A program made the translations under genes and the position numbers. DNA of 64,000 nucleotides from an uncultured Clostridia bacterium (GTDB taxonomy: Bacteria; Bacillota; Clostridia; Christensenellales; UBA1242), in contig CANSRZ010000002.1 in assembly GCA_947649575.1 (NCBI GenBank), positions 4,049 through 68,048 on the forward strand, given 5' to 3'. Under the pieces are notes generated by a model. The model saw only the letters and a list, made by a program, of their open reading frames with translations. It was not told the origin of the DNA and ran no database searches. Each line of letters opens with the position of its first letter. Positions within the stretch are counted from its first letter, which is position 1. Positions 47,692 to 56,164 of the stretch are shown here, piece after piece.

Positions 47692-47720
47692 ATTATATGC
47701 GTAAAAAATACACAAGTCAA
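47692..47720 (-). promoter_or_regulatory. Consensus promoter of the nrtR-like operon
   Basis: The minus strand reads TTGACT-tgtgtattttttacgca(17)-TATAAT. The palindrome ttgaa-agc-ttcaa (47675-47687) lies between the -10 and the SD. Confidence 0.55.
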
Positions 47721-47945
47721 GCGTTTTTAAGTATTTTTTCAAAATAAATCAAAATATTTTTTCTTTGCCAAACTTTCTTGATTAGTAAAACAGTCTATGA
47801 TGCGCCAAGGCGTATACAAGGTTCAAATGAAGTCAGATTTTGTGTATTTTTACAATATTATACATGTTTCGACATAATTCGCGCGTTTTTTCTTACTATT
47901 GTAAGAAATGTAAATAATCTCTTACAAATGTGAGAAAATATAGAC

Positions 47946-48164
47946 ATGAAAAATCCATCAAATTCATTTGGAAAAAGGTTAAAAGAATTAAGGCTTGAAA
48001 AAGGTTTGGGACAAGTGGAACTTGCAAACAAAATCAATGTTAGCAAATCTATTATCAGTTTATGGGAGAATGGTTTGCGTGAGCCAACTCTTTCTTATCT
48101 TAAACTGCTTGCAAGGTTTTTTGAAACAACCATTGACGACCTGACAGGCGATGACAATTTTTAA
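47946..48164 (+). CDS. XRE-family helix-turn-helix regulator
   Basis: 72 aa. LKELRLEKGLGQVELANKINVSKSIISLWENGLREP. Followed by the hairpin gagagataaatttatctctc. Confidence 0.8.
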   Translation: MKNPSNSFGKRLKELRLEKGLGQVELANKINVSKSIISLWENGLREPTLSYLKLLARFFETTIDDLTGDDNF

Positions 48165-48404
48165 GCTTTTAGATTACATAATGCTTTATATTGAGAGATA
48201 AATTTATCTCTCACTCTTTATTATTCTATTTTCATATATCAGACACATAGTTAAAAATTTTAGCGAAAAGTTTATATGGCAAATCAAACATTCTGGTCAA
48301 ATCTTGACAAACTTTGTTGACAGCAAATAAATATAATGATAAAATAGTTATATATATTATAGAATCATTTATCCTATAATATTTTTTTAAAAGGAGAAAC
48401 ACAA

Positions 48405-51400
48405 ATGGAGAAAAATACTAAGCCTAAAGTTGGGACAAAGCCTAGTTCTGCAACTTCTGCAAAACCTAAAACAACCTCTGCAAAAGCAACATCATCCACA
48501 ACTGCAAAGGCTTCTGCTTCAAAAAGTTCACCAAACACTAAAACTACGGTAGCAAAACCTGCAACCTCAACAAAGGCTACGCCTGCAAAGCCAAGCAACA
48601 ACAAAGCAAGTTCAGCAAGCGCTGTTGCAAGCAAATCCACACCTGCAAACACAAGCACTGCAAGCAAGCAGGCTCAAACAAAAGCCGTGACTTCTGGCAA
48701 AGCGGTTGCACCTGCTCAAAAATCCGCCACCCAGAGTTCAAGCAAAAGCACAACTCAAAAAGCGGACAGCAAACAAAGCGCTAAGAAAGATAAAAAGGAA
48801 AGAACTTTTTTAAACACAAAAGAGAAAAAGCAAAACGCAGCAGTTTTGACGCTTGCAATAACTTTTATCATTGTTGCACTTGTTGGAATTGTGCTGAGCG
48901 CTGTAAATTTCAAGAAACATGGTGACGGCGGAGATGAACTTAATCCTGGCGGAATAGTTATACCTGTTCCTGACAGAGGACAATATAATGTAAGCACTGG
49001 CTTAAAGCCAACTGACCCTTATGAAAGCGTAAGTCTTGGAAAAGAAACTTTCTATGATAATGACGACATATTAGATTATAGTTATGATATCTTTGACACA
49101 AAATCTACAACAATGGTTGGTTATTCAGGACGAGTAATCGGCGAAGTTGAAAGAAACGTTCCAAACAACACAAGAGATGAGGGACTTGGAGTTTATCCAA
49201 AATATGCCTATACTCTTTCAACAGTTATCGGAAGTGGAAAAGACCAAGTTGCCGCAAGAAACGCATTAATTGCTGAATCAAATTATTTTTGTGCGACAGG
49301 CACTCACAACAATTCAGGCAATGGCGGAAGTTATGTGTGGATGGATCAAGACGGTTATCTTTATAAAGGAACAACCGCTTTGCCACAACCTGCTCTTGAC
49401 AGAAATGACAAACACAGACGCCTTTATAAACACACAGCGTCAATTGGCATGTATATGGGCGATGTTGCTGACGACGAGCCTGGAATTATCAAAGAGGTTA
49501 CTCTTCGTCCTCGTGGATACAACAGTTATTCAGTTACTGGTGTTTACGCCCCTGCTGGCGAAATTATCAAAATTCAACTCAGCGAAGAAGACATGAATGC
49601 CACTGGCGGAATCACAGTTCATATCGGTCAAGCATTGTATAATGGTCAAGCAAACAACATTTGGACTGAAAAAGGTCAAATGCAACGTTTCCCTGTTATA
49701 TTAAACACAATGAATGTTAACAAAAACACTGCAACTTTAGAAAACGGTGTTTACACAGCTTATGTTGGCTCATTTGTTGGCGGACCACTTTATATCAGAA
49801 ACACAAGAGCAACTTTCACTGCAACAATCTCTGGCGGAGTTGCTTACTCTCACTTTATTTTAGGTAGCACAACCAAAGAAGAGTTCGAGGCATACAAAAA
49901 TTCTTCTGCCCCTTACTTTGACCTTGAAGTTTGGAATTATGGCGTACTTCATTCTGGCCCAAAAACTTGCGTACGCAACTTCTCTTATGAAGATCTTTAC
50001 AAAGCAGCTGTGCTTTGGGAAAAGGTTTCAAGCGTGACAACAACTGGAAGCAGTCAAGGCGTTGTATTCTTGTATGATCCTTTTGTTGCGGCTGGGGCAG
50101 CGGTTGCTTTCCCTGGAAGAAGTTCTGTTAACTGCCCTACTGGCTGGATGACAAACGCACTTAACTATAACGGACTTGTAACTTCTGGTGGTTGGGGAAA
50201 CTTCCATGAATATCATCACAATTTCCAAGGCTATGGCGTTGGCAATGGTGGAGAAGTTACAAACAACGGCATGAACCTTGTGTCTTATGCACTCTTCACT
50301 AAGATTTCCTCTGCAAGAGGCATTTCTAACTATGGCTCGCAAGGGCTTGGCGGCTGGAATAGTTACACAAGCGCTACTTGGGCTTTAAATGAAGTTTTAA
50401 AAATCCCAAAAGGTGGAACTCCAAGCAATGGCAAACAAGGTTTAACATTGTATGCAACATTGCTTCACAACTTTGGAGCGGATAATTATATCCAATCAAA
50501 AGTTAGACAACAAAGCAAATCTTATGGTCAGTCTTACTCAGGCTATTTAAGAGCTTGGCAAGACATAACTCATAATGATATGACATACTTCTTTAAAGAT
50601 ATTTTGCAAGGTATTGACCAAGCAAATGCTGATAAATGGCAAGCAGAGGCTGTTGGTTATCCAATGTTTGTTCCAGTTTCATCAATTTATCAAACTGGCA
50701 GAAGCTATATGTATGACGGCAAAAAGAAATATTTCCAAACAATGCAGCCTTATGTTATTCCTTATGGTCAAGACTTTGTAATCGACCTCACAAAATATAC
50801 TGTTAACCCTGGCGGTCAATATCAAAGTGGTAGCGTTGTGCTTCCAGAGGGATTTAGCTATACAATCAAAAATATCACTCAGCCTACAAGCGGGACTGTT
50901 GAAACTATTGACGGTTATCACTTCAAATTTAAGCCTGGCAATCAAGCAATGTCTGGCGAGATTAAAGTAACGCTGGCAATCACAAAAGATGACCATGCGT
51001 TTGATGTAGCAGATATAGATCTTGTTCTTCAATTTGAACAATCTCATGAAACAAACAAGATGACTCTTGAAAGAACAACCTACACTTACACTGCGGAAAC
51101 AATGTATTCAGACGCAGTAGAAGCTTATGAAAGCAATTATCAAGGCTATGAAAATGTTGTAAGTGCTGACCACTCAAATCCAACCCAAAATTGCAACACT
51201 GATATTTGGCTTTATCCAAACACAGATCAAATGCATGAACAACATCCAAATGCACCTGAATCTCACTTTGTTCATGACAATCAGGTAATTGAACTTAAAG
51301 GAAAGCTTTACTTTAACGAAGCTGGCAAGCATAGAATATACTTGCGCGGAAGAAAAAATTGTGCAGTTTATTATTCAACTGATAATGGAGCAACTTATCA

Positions 51401-52658
51401 ACTTGGCGCAAAAGTTACAAATGGCAGTGGCAGCGCATTCTATCCAAGCAATGCCGAAACTTATTTTGATGTAACAATCGAAGAGGGAGGCGGCTGGATA
51501 TATTATAAGTCTATTTTGATTGTTCAATCAACTCCAGTTGTAAGCTATATCGGGCTTGGCACAACAAAATGGATAGAGCCAATGTTTACAATTGTAAACA
51601 AATATTATGACAAAGACGGCAATGAAGTTAGCGAAGAAGAGGCTGTAAGAACAGAAACTCACTATTATGACTATCAGGGCAACGAAGTTACTGAAGAAGA
51701 AGCAAACAATGCAGAGCTTATTCCTCCAGCAGCAAATGCAAGACCTGCTTATGTGAACGCTTACAGAAATGATTATGAATTTCCTGAAAACAGCGGTTTT
51801 GTAACAGATTATTTCTACACAAGAAAATATTCTTACACTTACAGTGAGCCTGAAAAAGTTTTAACCCCAACTCAAACTTGCATTAGCTCTAATTATCAAC
51901 CTTGGGACAGCTCCGACACACACAAAATTGAAAACTTGTTTGATAATGATGATTCAACATTTATTCACAGCAATAGAAATGTTATATCAGAAACAAATCC
52001 TTTTGAAGTGACTGTCAACTTATCCCAAGCTATAACTGCAAACAGACTGACTTTCTTTGGTTCAAGCGTAAGCAGCAATTATGCAACTTATATGCCAAAA
52101 GATTACAAAATTTGGGTTAGCTCAAATGGCTCTGACTGGACACTTGTTTGCGAAAAAACAAATGCTCCATACAGCAATCTTAAGTCTGTAGCTAATTTTG
52201 ATAGTTATCACACCTTTAATTATTATAAAGTGAAAGTAACTTCAACTCATGCTCGAAACAACTTAGGATATATCTGCTTAAACAAAATTGAGCTTGCTTC
52301 CATTTTCTCATTAACTAATGGCAATCAAATCACTCCTGACAACGAAATGTTCACATATTCTGGCACTTGGACAGGCAAACAAACTCAATCATCTTTCGGA
52401 CATATTTATGTCGGAAATAGCGGTGCTACAATGTCATTCACTTTCACTGGAACAAGACTTGCACTTCTTTCTTCTTCATCTTATGGAAGAAACTTTGAAG
52501 TAACAATTGACGGCAGAGTTGTAAACTCAATTGAACTGAAACAGGATAATAATCCATTCAGCGCGTCATATATTTCAAGTGAACTTACAAGTGGCACTCA
52601 TAATGTAACAGTCAAATGTTTAGGGACTGCAAACATAGACTCGGTTGTCATTTATTAA
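48405..52658 (+). CDS. Membrane-anchored M60-like (enhancin-type) zinc metallopeptidase with a C-terminal F5/8 type C (CBM32-like) domain and further beta-sandwich domains
   Basis: 1417 aa. The first ~150 aa are a K/T/S/A-rich basic tail, followed by one TM (AAVLTLAITFIIVALVGIVLSAV). GGWGNFHEYHHNFQ contains HExxH in the M60-like context. IENLFDNDDSTFIHSN...YKIWVSSNGSDWTLV is discoidin-like. Confidence 0.65.
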   Translation: MEKNTKPKVGTKPSSATSAKPKTTSAKATSSTTAKASASKSSPNTKTTVAKPATSTKATPAKPSNNKASSASAVASKSTPANTSTASKQAQTKAVTSGKAVAPAQKSATQSSSKSTTQKADSKQSAKKDKKERTFLNTKEKKQNAAVLTLAITFIIVALVGIVLSAVNFKKHGDGGDELNPGGIVIPVPDRGQYNVSTGLKPTDPYESVSLGKETFYDNDDILDYSYDIFDTKSTTMVGYSGRVIGEVERNVPNNTRDEGLGVYPKYAYTLSTVIGSGKDQVAARNALIAESNYFCATGTHNNSGNGGSYVWMDQDGYLYKGTTALPQPALDRNDKHRRLYKHTASIGMYMGDVADDEPGIIKEVTLRPRGYNSYSVTGVYAPAGEIIKIQLSEEDMNATGGITVHIGQALYNGQANNIWTEKGQMQRFPVILNTMNVNKNTATLENGVYTAYVGSFVGGPLYIRNTRATFTATISGGVAYSHFILGSTTKEEFEAYKNSSAPYFDLEVWNYGVLHSGPKTCVRNFSYEDLYKAAVLWEKVSSVTTTGSSQGVVFLYDPFVAAGAAVAFPGRSSVNCPTGWMTNALNYNGLVTSGGWGNFHEYHHNFQGYGVGNGGEVTNNGMNLVSYALFTKISSARGISNYGSQGLGGWNSYTSATWALNEVLKIPKGGTPSNGKQGLTLYATLLHNFGADNYIQSKVRQQSKSYGQSYSGYLRAWQDITHNDMTYFFKDILQGIDQANADKWQAEAVGYPMFVPVSSIYQTGRSYMYDGKKKYFQTMQPYVIPYGQDFVIDLTKYTVNPGGQYQSGSVVLPEGFSYTIKNITQPTSGTVETIDGYHFKFKPGNQAMSGEIKVTLAITKDDHAFDVADIDLVLQFEQSHETNKMTLERTTYTYTAETMYSDAVEAYESNYQGYENVVSADHSNPTQNCNTDIWLYPNTDQMHEQHPNAPESHFVHDNQVIELKGKLYFNEAGKHRIYLRGRKNCAVYYSTDNGATYQLGAKVTNGSGSAFYPSNAETYFDVTIEEGGGWIYYKSILIVQSTPVVSYIGLGTTKWIEPMFTIVNKYYDKDGNEVSEEEAVRTETHYYDYQGNEVTEEEANNAELIPPAANARPAYVNAYRNDYEFPENSGFVTDYFYTRKYSYTYSEPEKVLTPTQTCISSNYQPWDSSDTHKIENLFDNDDSTFIHSNRNVISETNPFEVTVNLSQAITANRLTFFGSSVSSNYATYMPKDYKIWVSSNGSDWTLVCEKTNAPYSNLKSVANFDSYHTFNYYKVKVTSTHARNNLGYICLNKIELASIFSLTNGNQITPDNEMFTYSGTWTGKQTQSSFGHIYVGNSGATMSFTFTGTRLALLSSSSYGRNFEVTIDGRVVNSIELKQDNNPFSASYISSELTSGTHNVTVKCLGTANIDSVVIY

Positions 52659-52696
52659 CAAAAAAGCTAACAAATTTGTTAGCTTTTTTCTGTTTA

Positions 52697-52771
52697 TGGT
52701 GCGCCCACCAAGACTCGAACTCGGGATAAACGTTCCGAAGACGTTTGTGATATCCACTTCACTATGGGCGC
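52697..52771 (-). tRNA. tRNA-Arg(TCG): tRNA-Arg (anticodon UCG), CCA encoded
   Basis: Hand fold of the minus strand. Acceptor is GCGCCCA/UGGGCGC, D arm GUGA/UCAC, anticodon arm AACGU-CUUCGGA-ACGUU, T arm CCGAG-UUCGAGU-CUUGG. Total 75 nt. Confidence 0.85.
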
Positions 52772-52984
52772 ATAAATATTTCTTTATCATTATATCAAAA
52801 ATTCAAGCAAAGTCAAATAAAGTTTTTCAAAATGTTCAACTTTTTAAAATTTCGACAGTATTCGCTGCCCTTGCGTAATTTTGATTTAATTTATTGTAGA
52901 TTTTTTGTATTTTTCGTTAATTTATTTTGATTTTTTGTCGATTTGGTGGTATATTAATTATAGAATTATATTTTTGGAGGTTTT

Positions 52985-55018
52985 ATGGCTGATAAAGACA
53001 AAAAAATGAGCAAATTTACAAAAACTCTGATTATGATGGCTCTATTTGCTGTGCTTGGCTATGGAATTGGTATTGCAATTGCTTATTTTTCAAACGGTCA
53101 ACAGTTTTCAACCGATTTGCTCACAAACACAATTGCTCTGGTTCTCTTAGCAATCGGTGCATTGGGCGGTTTTGCTCTTGGACTTTCTATGAAAGGCAAC
53201 AAAAAAGACAAAAACAAAAACACTGGCGAAACTGCTCTTGGTGAAAAAGTTGAAATTCAACACGATTCAAGATTTATGACTGAAGACGACCTTAAAAACA
53301 ACAAAGACCCAAGCGTTATTTACACAACTTGGGACAGATTGCCAGAACAGAAAAAAACAGGCTTCCCTTTTAGATACAAAGTTAAAGGCGGAAAGTTTGA
53401 AATCAACATGAAGAATGAAACTCATGCACTTGTTATTGGTACAACTGGCACTGGTAAAAGCCAGCTCTTGGTGCACCCATCAATTCGTATTTTGGCTCAC
53501 TCGGCAGAAAAGCCAAGTTTGGTTATGACTGACCCTAAGGGTGAGCTTTATGAAGCACACTATAACATGCTTAAAGAAGAGGGTTATGATGTGCAAGTGC
53601 TTAACCTTGACAATCCTTACATGTCATCACGTTGGAACCCAATGGAAATCGCTTGGAATATTTATGAACGCGCTGGCAACCTTGCCAAAGAGGTCAAAAA
53701 GATTTCAGGCTGTACTCCAAGAGATGCTGGCTACAAAACTTTTACAACAGAAGAACTTGGCGGAAAAACTTATGGCGACACTTGGTACGGCTTTGATGGC
53801 AAGGCATATCCTGATAATGAAATTTTAAAGGAAGAACTTCTTGCAATCAAAACTCAGCTTGAAGATGAAGCCAAAGCAACACTTCGCAATATTGCAATTG
53901 CGCTTATTCCAGTTCCACCTGATGCAAAAGACCCCATGTGGCTTAGAGGTTCACAAGACTTCCTTGTCGGCATAATGCAAGCTATGCTTGAAGATAGCCG
54001 TGACCCACGTCTTGGCATGACAAAAGACAAATTCAATTTCTATAACCTTTACAAAATCGCAATGAAGCGTGATGGTGGAGATAATCAACTTAGCACTGTT
54101 ACTCATTATAGTGAGGGACGTGACCCTTTACACTCTGCTGTTCATGACCTTATGGGAACGATTTGCGGAACAAGTCCGCTTACTCAAAAATCTTTCTTAG
54201 GAACATTAGGCTCAAGCTTAGGCCTTTTCAGTGACGAGGGTATTCTTTATCTTACAAGTGCAACTGATATTGATTTTACAAAAATGGCAGACCGACCAAC
54301 CGCTTTCTTTATTCGCTCCCCTGACCATAAGCCAGAGCGTCACCCTCTTACAATATTGTGTATCTCTCAACTTTACAAAGTTTTGGTTGACGTTGCAAAC
54401 AGAACAGTTGATGAAAAAGGCAATACTGGTGCTTTAAAGAGAACTGTTTACTATATTCTTGACGAGTTAGGCAATATGCCAGCCATTGAAAATTTTGGAA
54501 CTATGATTACTGTATCACGTTCACGTAAAATTTTCTTTGAAATTATCTTACAATCTTACAAACAGCTTGATATCAAATATGGTCCAGATGAAGCCGCAAA
54601 CATTCGAGGTAACTTCCAAATGGAACTTTTCCTCGGCTCAGAAGATGCCACAACAATTCAAGCTTTCTCAGATGCCTGCGGTGAAGTTACTGTATTTACT
54701 AAAGAGGAAAGCACTTCAGAGCAAAGCAAGGGTGATAATGGCGTTACAACCAACAAGAGTACTCAAAGAACTCGCCGTCCACTTATTGACAAGGCTGAAC
54801 TTAGAACACTTGAGAAATTTACAGTTATTGCAAAACTTTTCAGACAACCAATTTTGAAAGAAGTTATGACAATTTTTGCTCTTAACGATAATCTTAAAAA
54901 GTGTCCTGCTCAACAACCTCCTGCACTTGCAAAGCGTCTTGATGTTGAGAAGATTCACTATGACATTGAAGCGCGTAACAGGATTGTGCTTAAACCATCT
55001 TCTCCATTTGATTTCTAG
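52985..55018 (+). CDS. Type IV secretion coupling protein (VirD4/TraG/TcpA family ATPase)
   Basis: 677 aa with two N-terminal TM helices. Walker A is VIGTTGTGKSQ and Walker B is YYILDELGNMP, with a TraG/TraD-like region between them. SD is ggagg. Confidence 0.75.
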   Translation: MADKDKKMSKFTKTLIMMALFAVLGYGIGIAIAYFSNGQQFSTDLLTNTIALVLLAIGALGGFALGLSMKGNKKDKNKNTGETALGEKVEIQHDSRFMTEDDLKNNKDPSVIYTTWDRLPEQKKTGFPFRYKVKGGKFEINMKNETHALVIGTTGTGKSQLLVHPSIRILAHSAEKPSLVMTDPKGELYEAHYNMLKEEGYDVQVLNLDNPYMSSRWNPMEIAWNIYERAGNLAKEVKKISGCTPRDAGYKTFTTEELGGKTYGDTWYGFDGKAYPDNEILKEELLAIKTQLEDEAKATLRNIAIALIPVPPDAKDPMWLRGSQDFLVGIMQAMLEDSRDPRLGMTKDKFNFYNLYKIAMKRDGGDNQLSTVTHYSEGRDPLHSAVHDLMGTICGTSPLTQKSFLGTLGSSLGLFSDEGILYLTSATDIDFTKMADRPTAFFIRSPDHKPERHPLTILCISQLYKVLVDVANRTVDEKGNTGALKRTVYYILDELGNMPAIENFGTMITVSRSRKIFFEIILQSYKQLDIKYGPDEAANIRGNFQMELFLGSEDATTIQAFSDACGEVTVFTKEESTSEQSKGDNGVTTNKSTQRTRRPLIDKAELRTLEKFTVIAKLFRQPILKEVMTIFALNDNLKKCPAQQPPALAKRLDVEKIHYDIEARNRIVLKPSSPFDF

Positions 55019-55313
55019 CACACTTGGGTTGCGTCACTGTCTTATTGCTTTATCTGCATAACAACTTTATAGTTCATAACTAGTCTAAGCACTGGGCAAC
55101 TATTAGCAAGCAGACTTAAAAACAAATTACACACGTTTTTATAAAACGATTAAAACAAAAGCCTTTATACAAGTCATTTGAGTTATAAAGGCTTTTTGTT
55201 TATATCTTTGCATTGTTTTTTATAGATTTTATCATACTTGACATTTTTTAAATAGATCAAAAACCTTGACAAAAATAATAAAAACTGATAGACTATCATT
55301 GTTTCAAAAATAC

Positions 55314-55399
55314 GCGGATATGGCGGAATGGCAGACGCGCAGGCTTCAGGTGCCTGTGATAGCAATATCGTGTGAGTTCAACCCTCACTATCCGCACCA
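55314..55399 (+). tRNA. tRNA-Leu(CAG): tRNA-Leu (anticodon CAG), type II with long variable arm, CCA encoded
   Basis: Hand fold. Acceptor is gcggata/tatccgc, anticodon arm caggc-TTCAGGT-gcctg, variable arm gata-gcaa-tatc, T arm gtgag-ttcaacc-ctcac. Total 86 nt. The promoter TTGACA-17-TAGACT lies upstream. Confidence 0.85.
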
Positions 55400-55416
55400 A
55401 ATGAGAATAATTCGAA
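55393..55416 (+). repeat. Direct repeat copy 1 (last 7 nt of tRNA-Leu plus 17 nt of flank)
   Basis: cgcaccaaatgagaataattcgaa matches copy 2 at 21 of 24 positions. Confidence 0.7.
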
Positions 55417-55454
55417 TCAGATTATTTTGATACATTATTATAAAGGAGAGAAAG

Positions 55455-55898
55455 ATGAAGTTTAATTTGTTCCAAAAAAGAAATAAAATTGACATAGAAA
55501 ACGATAGAGATTTTATTCAAGATAAGGGATATGTGTTATCATATCTTAAATCAAAAGATGTGAACAATGCTTCTTATATTAAGTTTATAAAAAACAACAA
55601 CTTTGGAATTTTAGCCAAAAATGTTTTCAATGCAAATAATGAAGAATATAGTTTGGAGTATTTCTTTTCTTGTTCTTCTGTAGAGGGAAAAGATATTATA
55701 AACGCTAATAAAAATATTCAATCACTCTTAATTGATAAAAATCTGCTTGGTATTGCAAAAGTTTTGGGTGATGATATTGTTTGTTTGGATATCAAAACTG
55801 GCGAAATTTATCTTTGGTTGATTGAAACCAATGATGGCGAGAAAATTCATATTGCCAAATCTTTTGATGAATTTATTAATATGATAAAGTTTATTTGA
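55455..55898 (+). CDS. SMI1/KNR4 (SUKH-1)-like immunity-type protein
   Basis: 147 aa. The C-terminal pattern LGDDIVCLDIKTGEIYLWLIETNDGEKIHIAKSFDEFINMI is typical of SUKH domains. SD is aaggagag. Confidence 0.5.
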   Translation: MKFNLFQKRNKIDIENDRDFIQDKGYVLSYLKSKDVNNASYIKFIKNNNFGILAKNVFNANNEEYSLEYFFSCSSVEGKDIINANKNIQSLLIDKNLLGIAKVLGDDIVCLDIKTGEIYLWLIETNDGEKIHIAKSFDEFINMIKFI

Positions 55899-55969
55899 TT
55901 TTAACTCTCAACCTCACATAGCCAACACCAACATTGACTTGCCAGCGGTTCGGATACATTATCACTTGT

Positions 55970-55993
55970 CGCACCAAATGAATATAAATCGAA
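55970..55993 (+). repeat. Direct repeat copy 2 (degenerate tRNA-Leu 3' end plus flank), followed by a terminator hairpin
   Basis: Sequence: cgcaccaaatgaatataaatcgaa. It is preceded by a decayed T-arm-like stretch (gcggttcggatacattatcac). It is followed by gaactgtttacttg-taac-aagtgaacagttc and a T-run. Confidence 0.7.
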
Positions 55994-56164
55994 CTGTTTA
56001 CTTGTAACAAGTGAACAGTTCATTTTTTATATCAGCGATAAATAGATGAACTTTCAGGCAATGGTCAAAATTTCTTAATTGTTTTTTTGTAAAAAGCCTT
56101 TATTTTTGATTTTAAATATGTTATAATTAGACGTTTTTTGGACAAAAAAGCTTAAAGAGGAAAC

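Noticed and set aside
47801-47816. The motif tgcgccaagg-cgtat, which resembles repeat R of the tRNA-Asn locus (tgcgccaagg[actgccaagtcctg]cgtat) with the inner hairpin deleted.
   Set aside because: Only 15 matching nt are split around a gap. This is too short to distinguish from chance without a genome-wide search. I note it only as a possible link.
48374-48667. The 97-aa minus-strand ORF rich in A/V/L/F/E.
   Set aside because: It is the mirror image of the K/T/S/A low-complexity N-terminal coding region of the M60-like gene, so it is an antisense artefact.
52645-52878. The 77-aa plus-strand ORF after the M60-like gene.
   Set aside because: It runs antisense across a cleanly folding tRNA-Arg gene.
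52851-52942. 0A-box-like 7-mers (ttcgaca at 52851-52857 and tgtcgat at 52936-52942) upstream of the coupling-protein gene.
   Set aside because: Isolated 7-mers are expected by chance several times in 64 kb of AT-rich DNA, and there is no supporting context for Spo0A control here.
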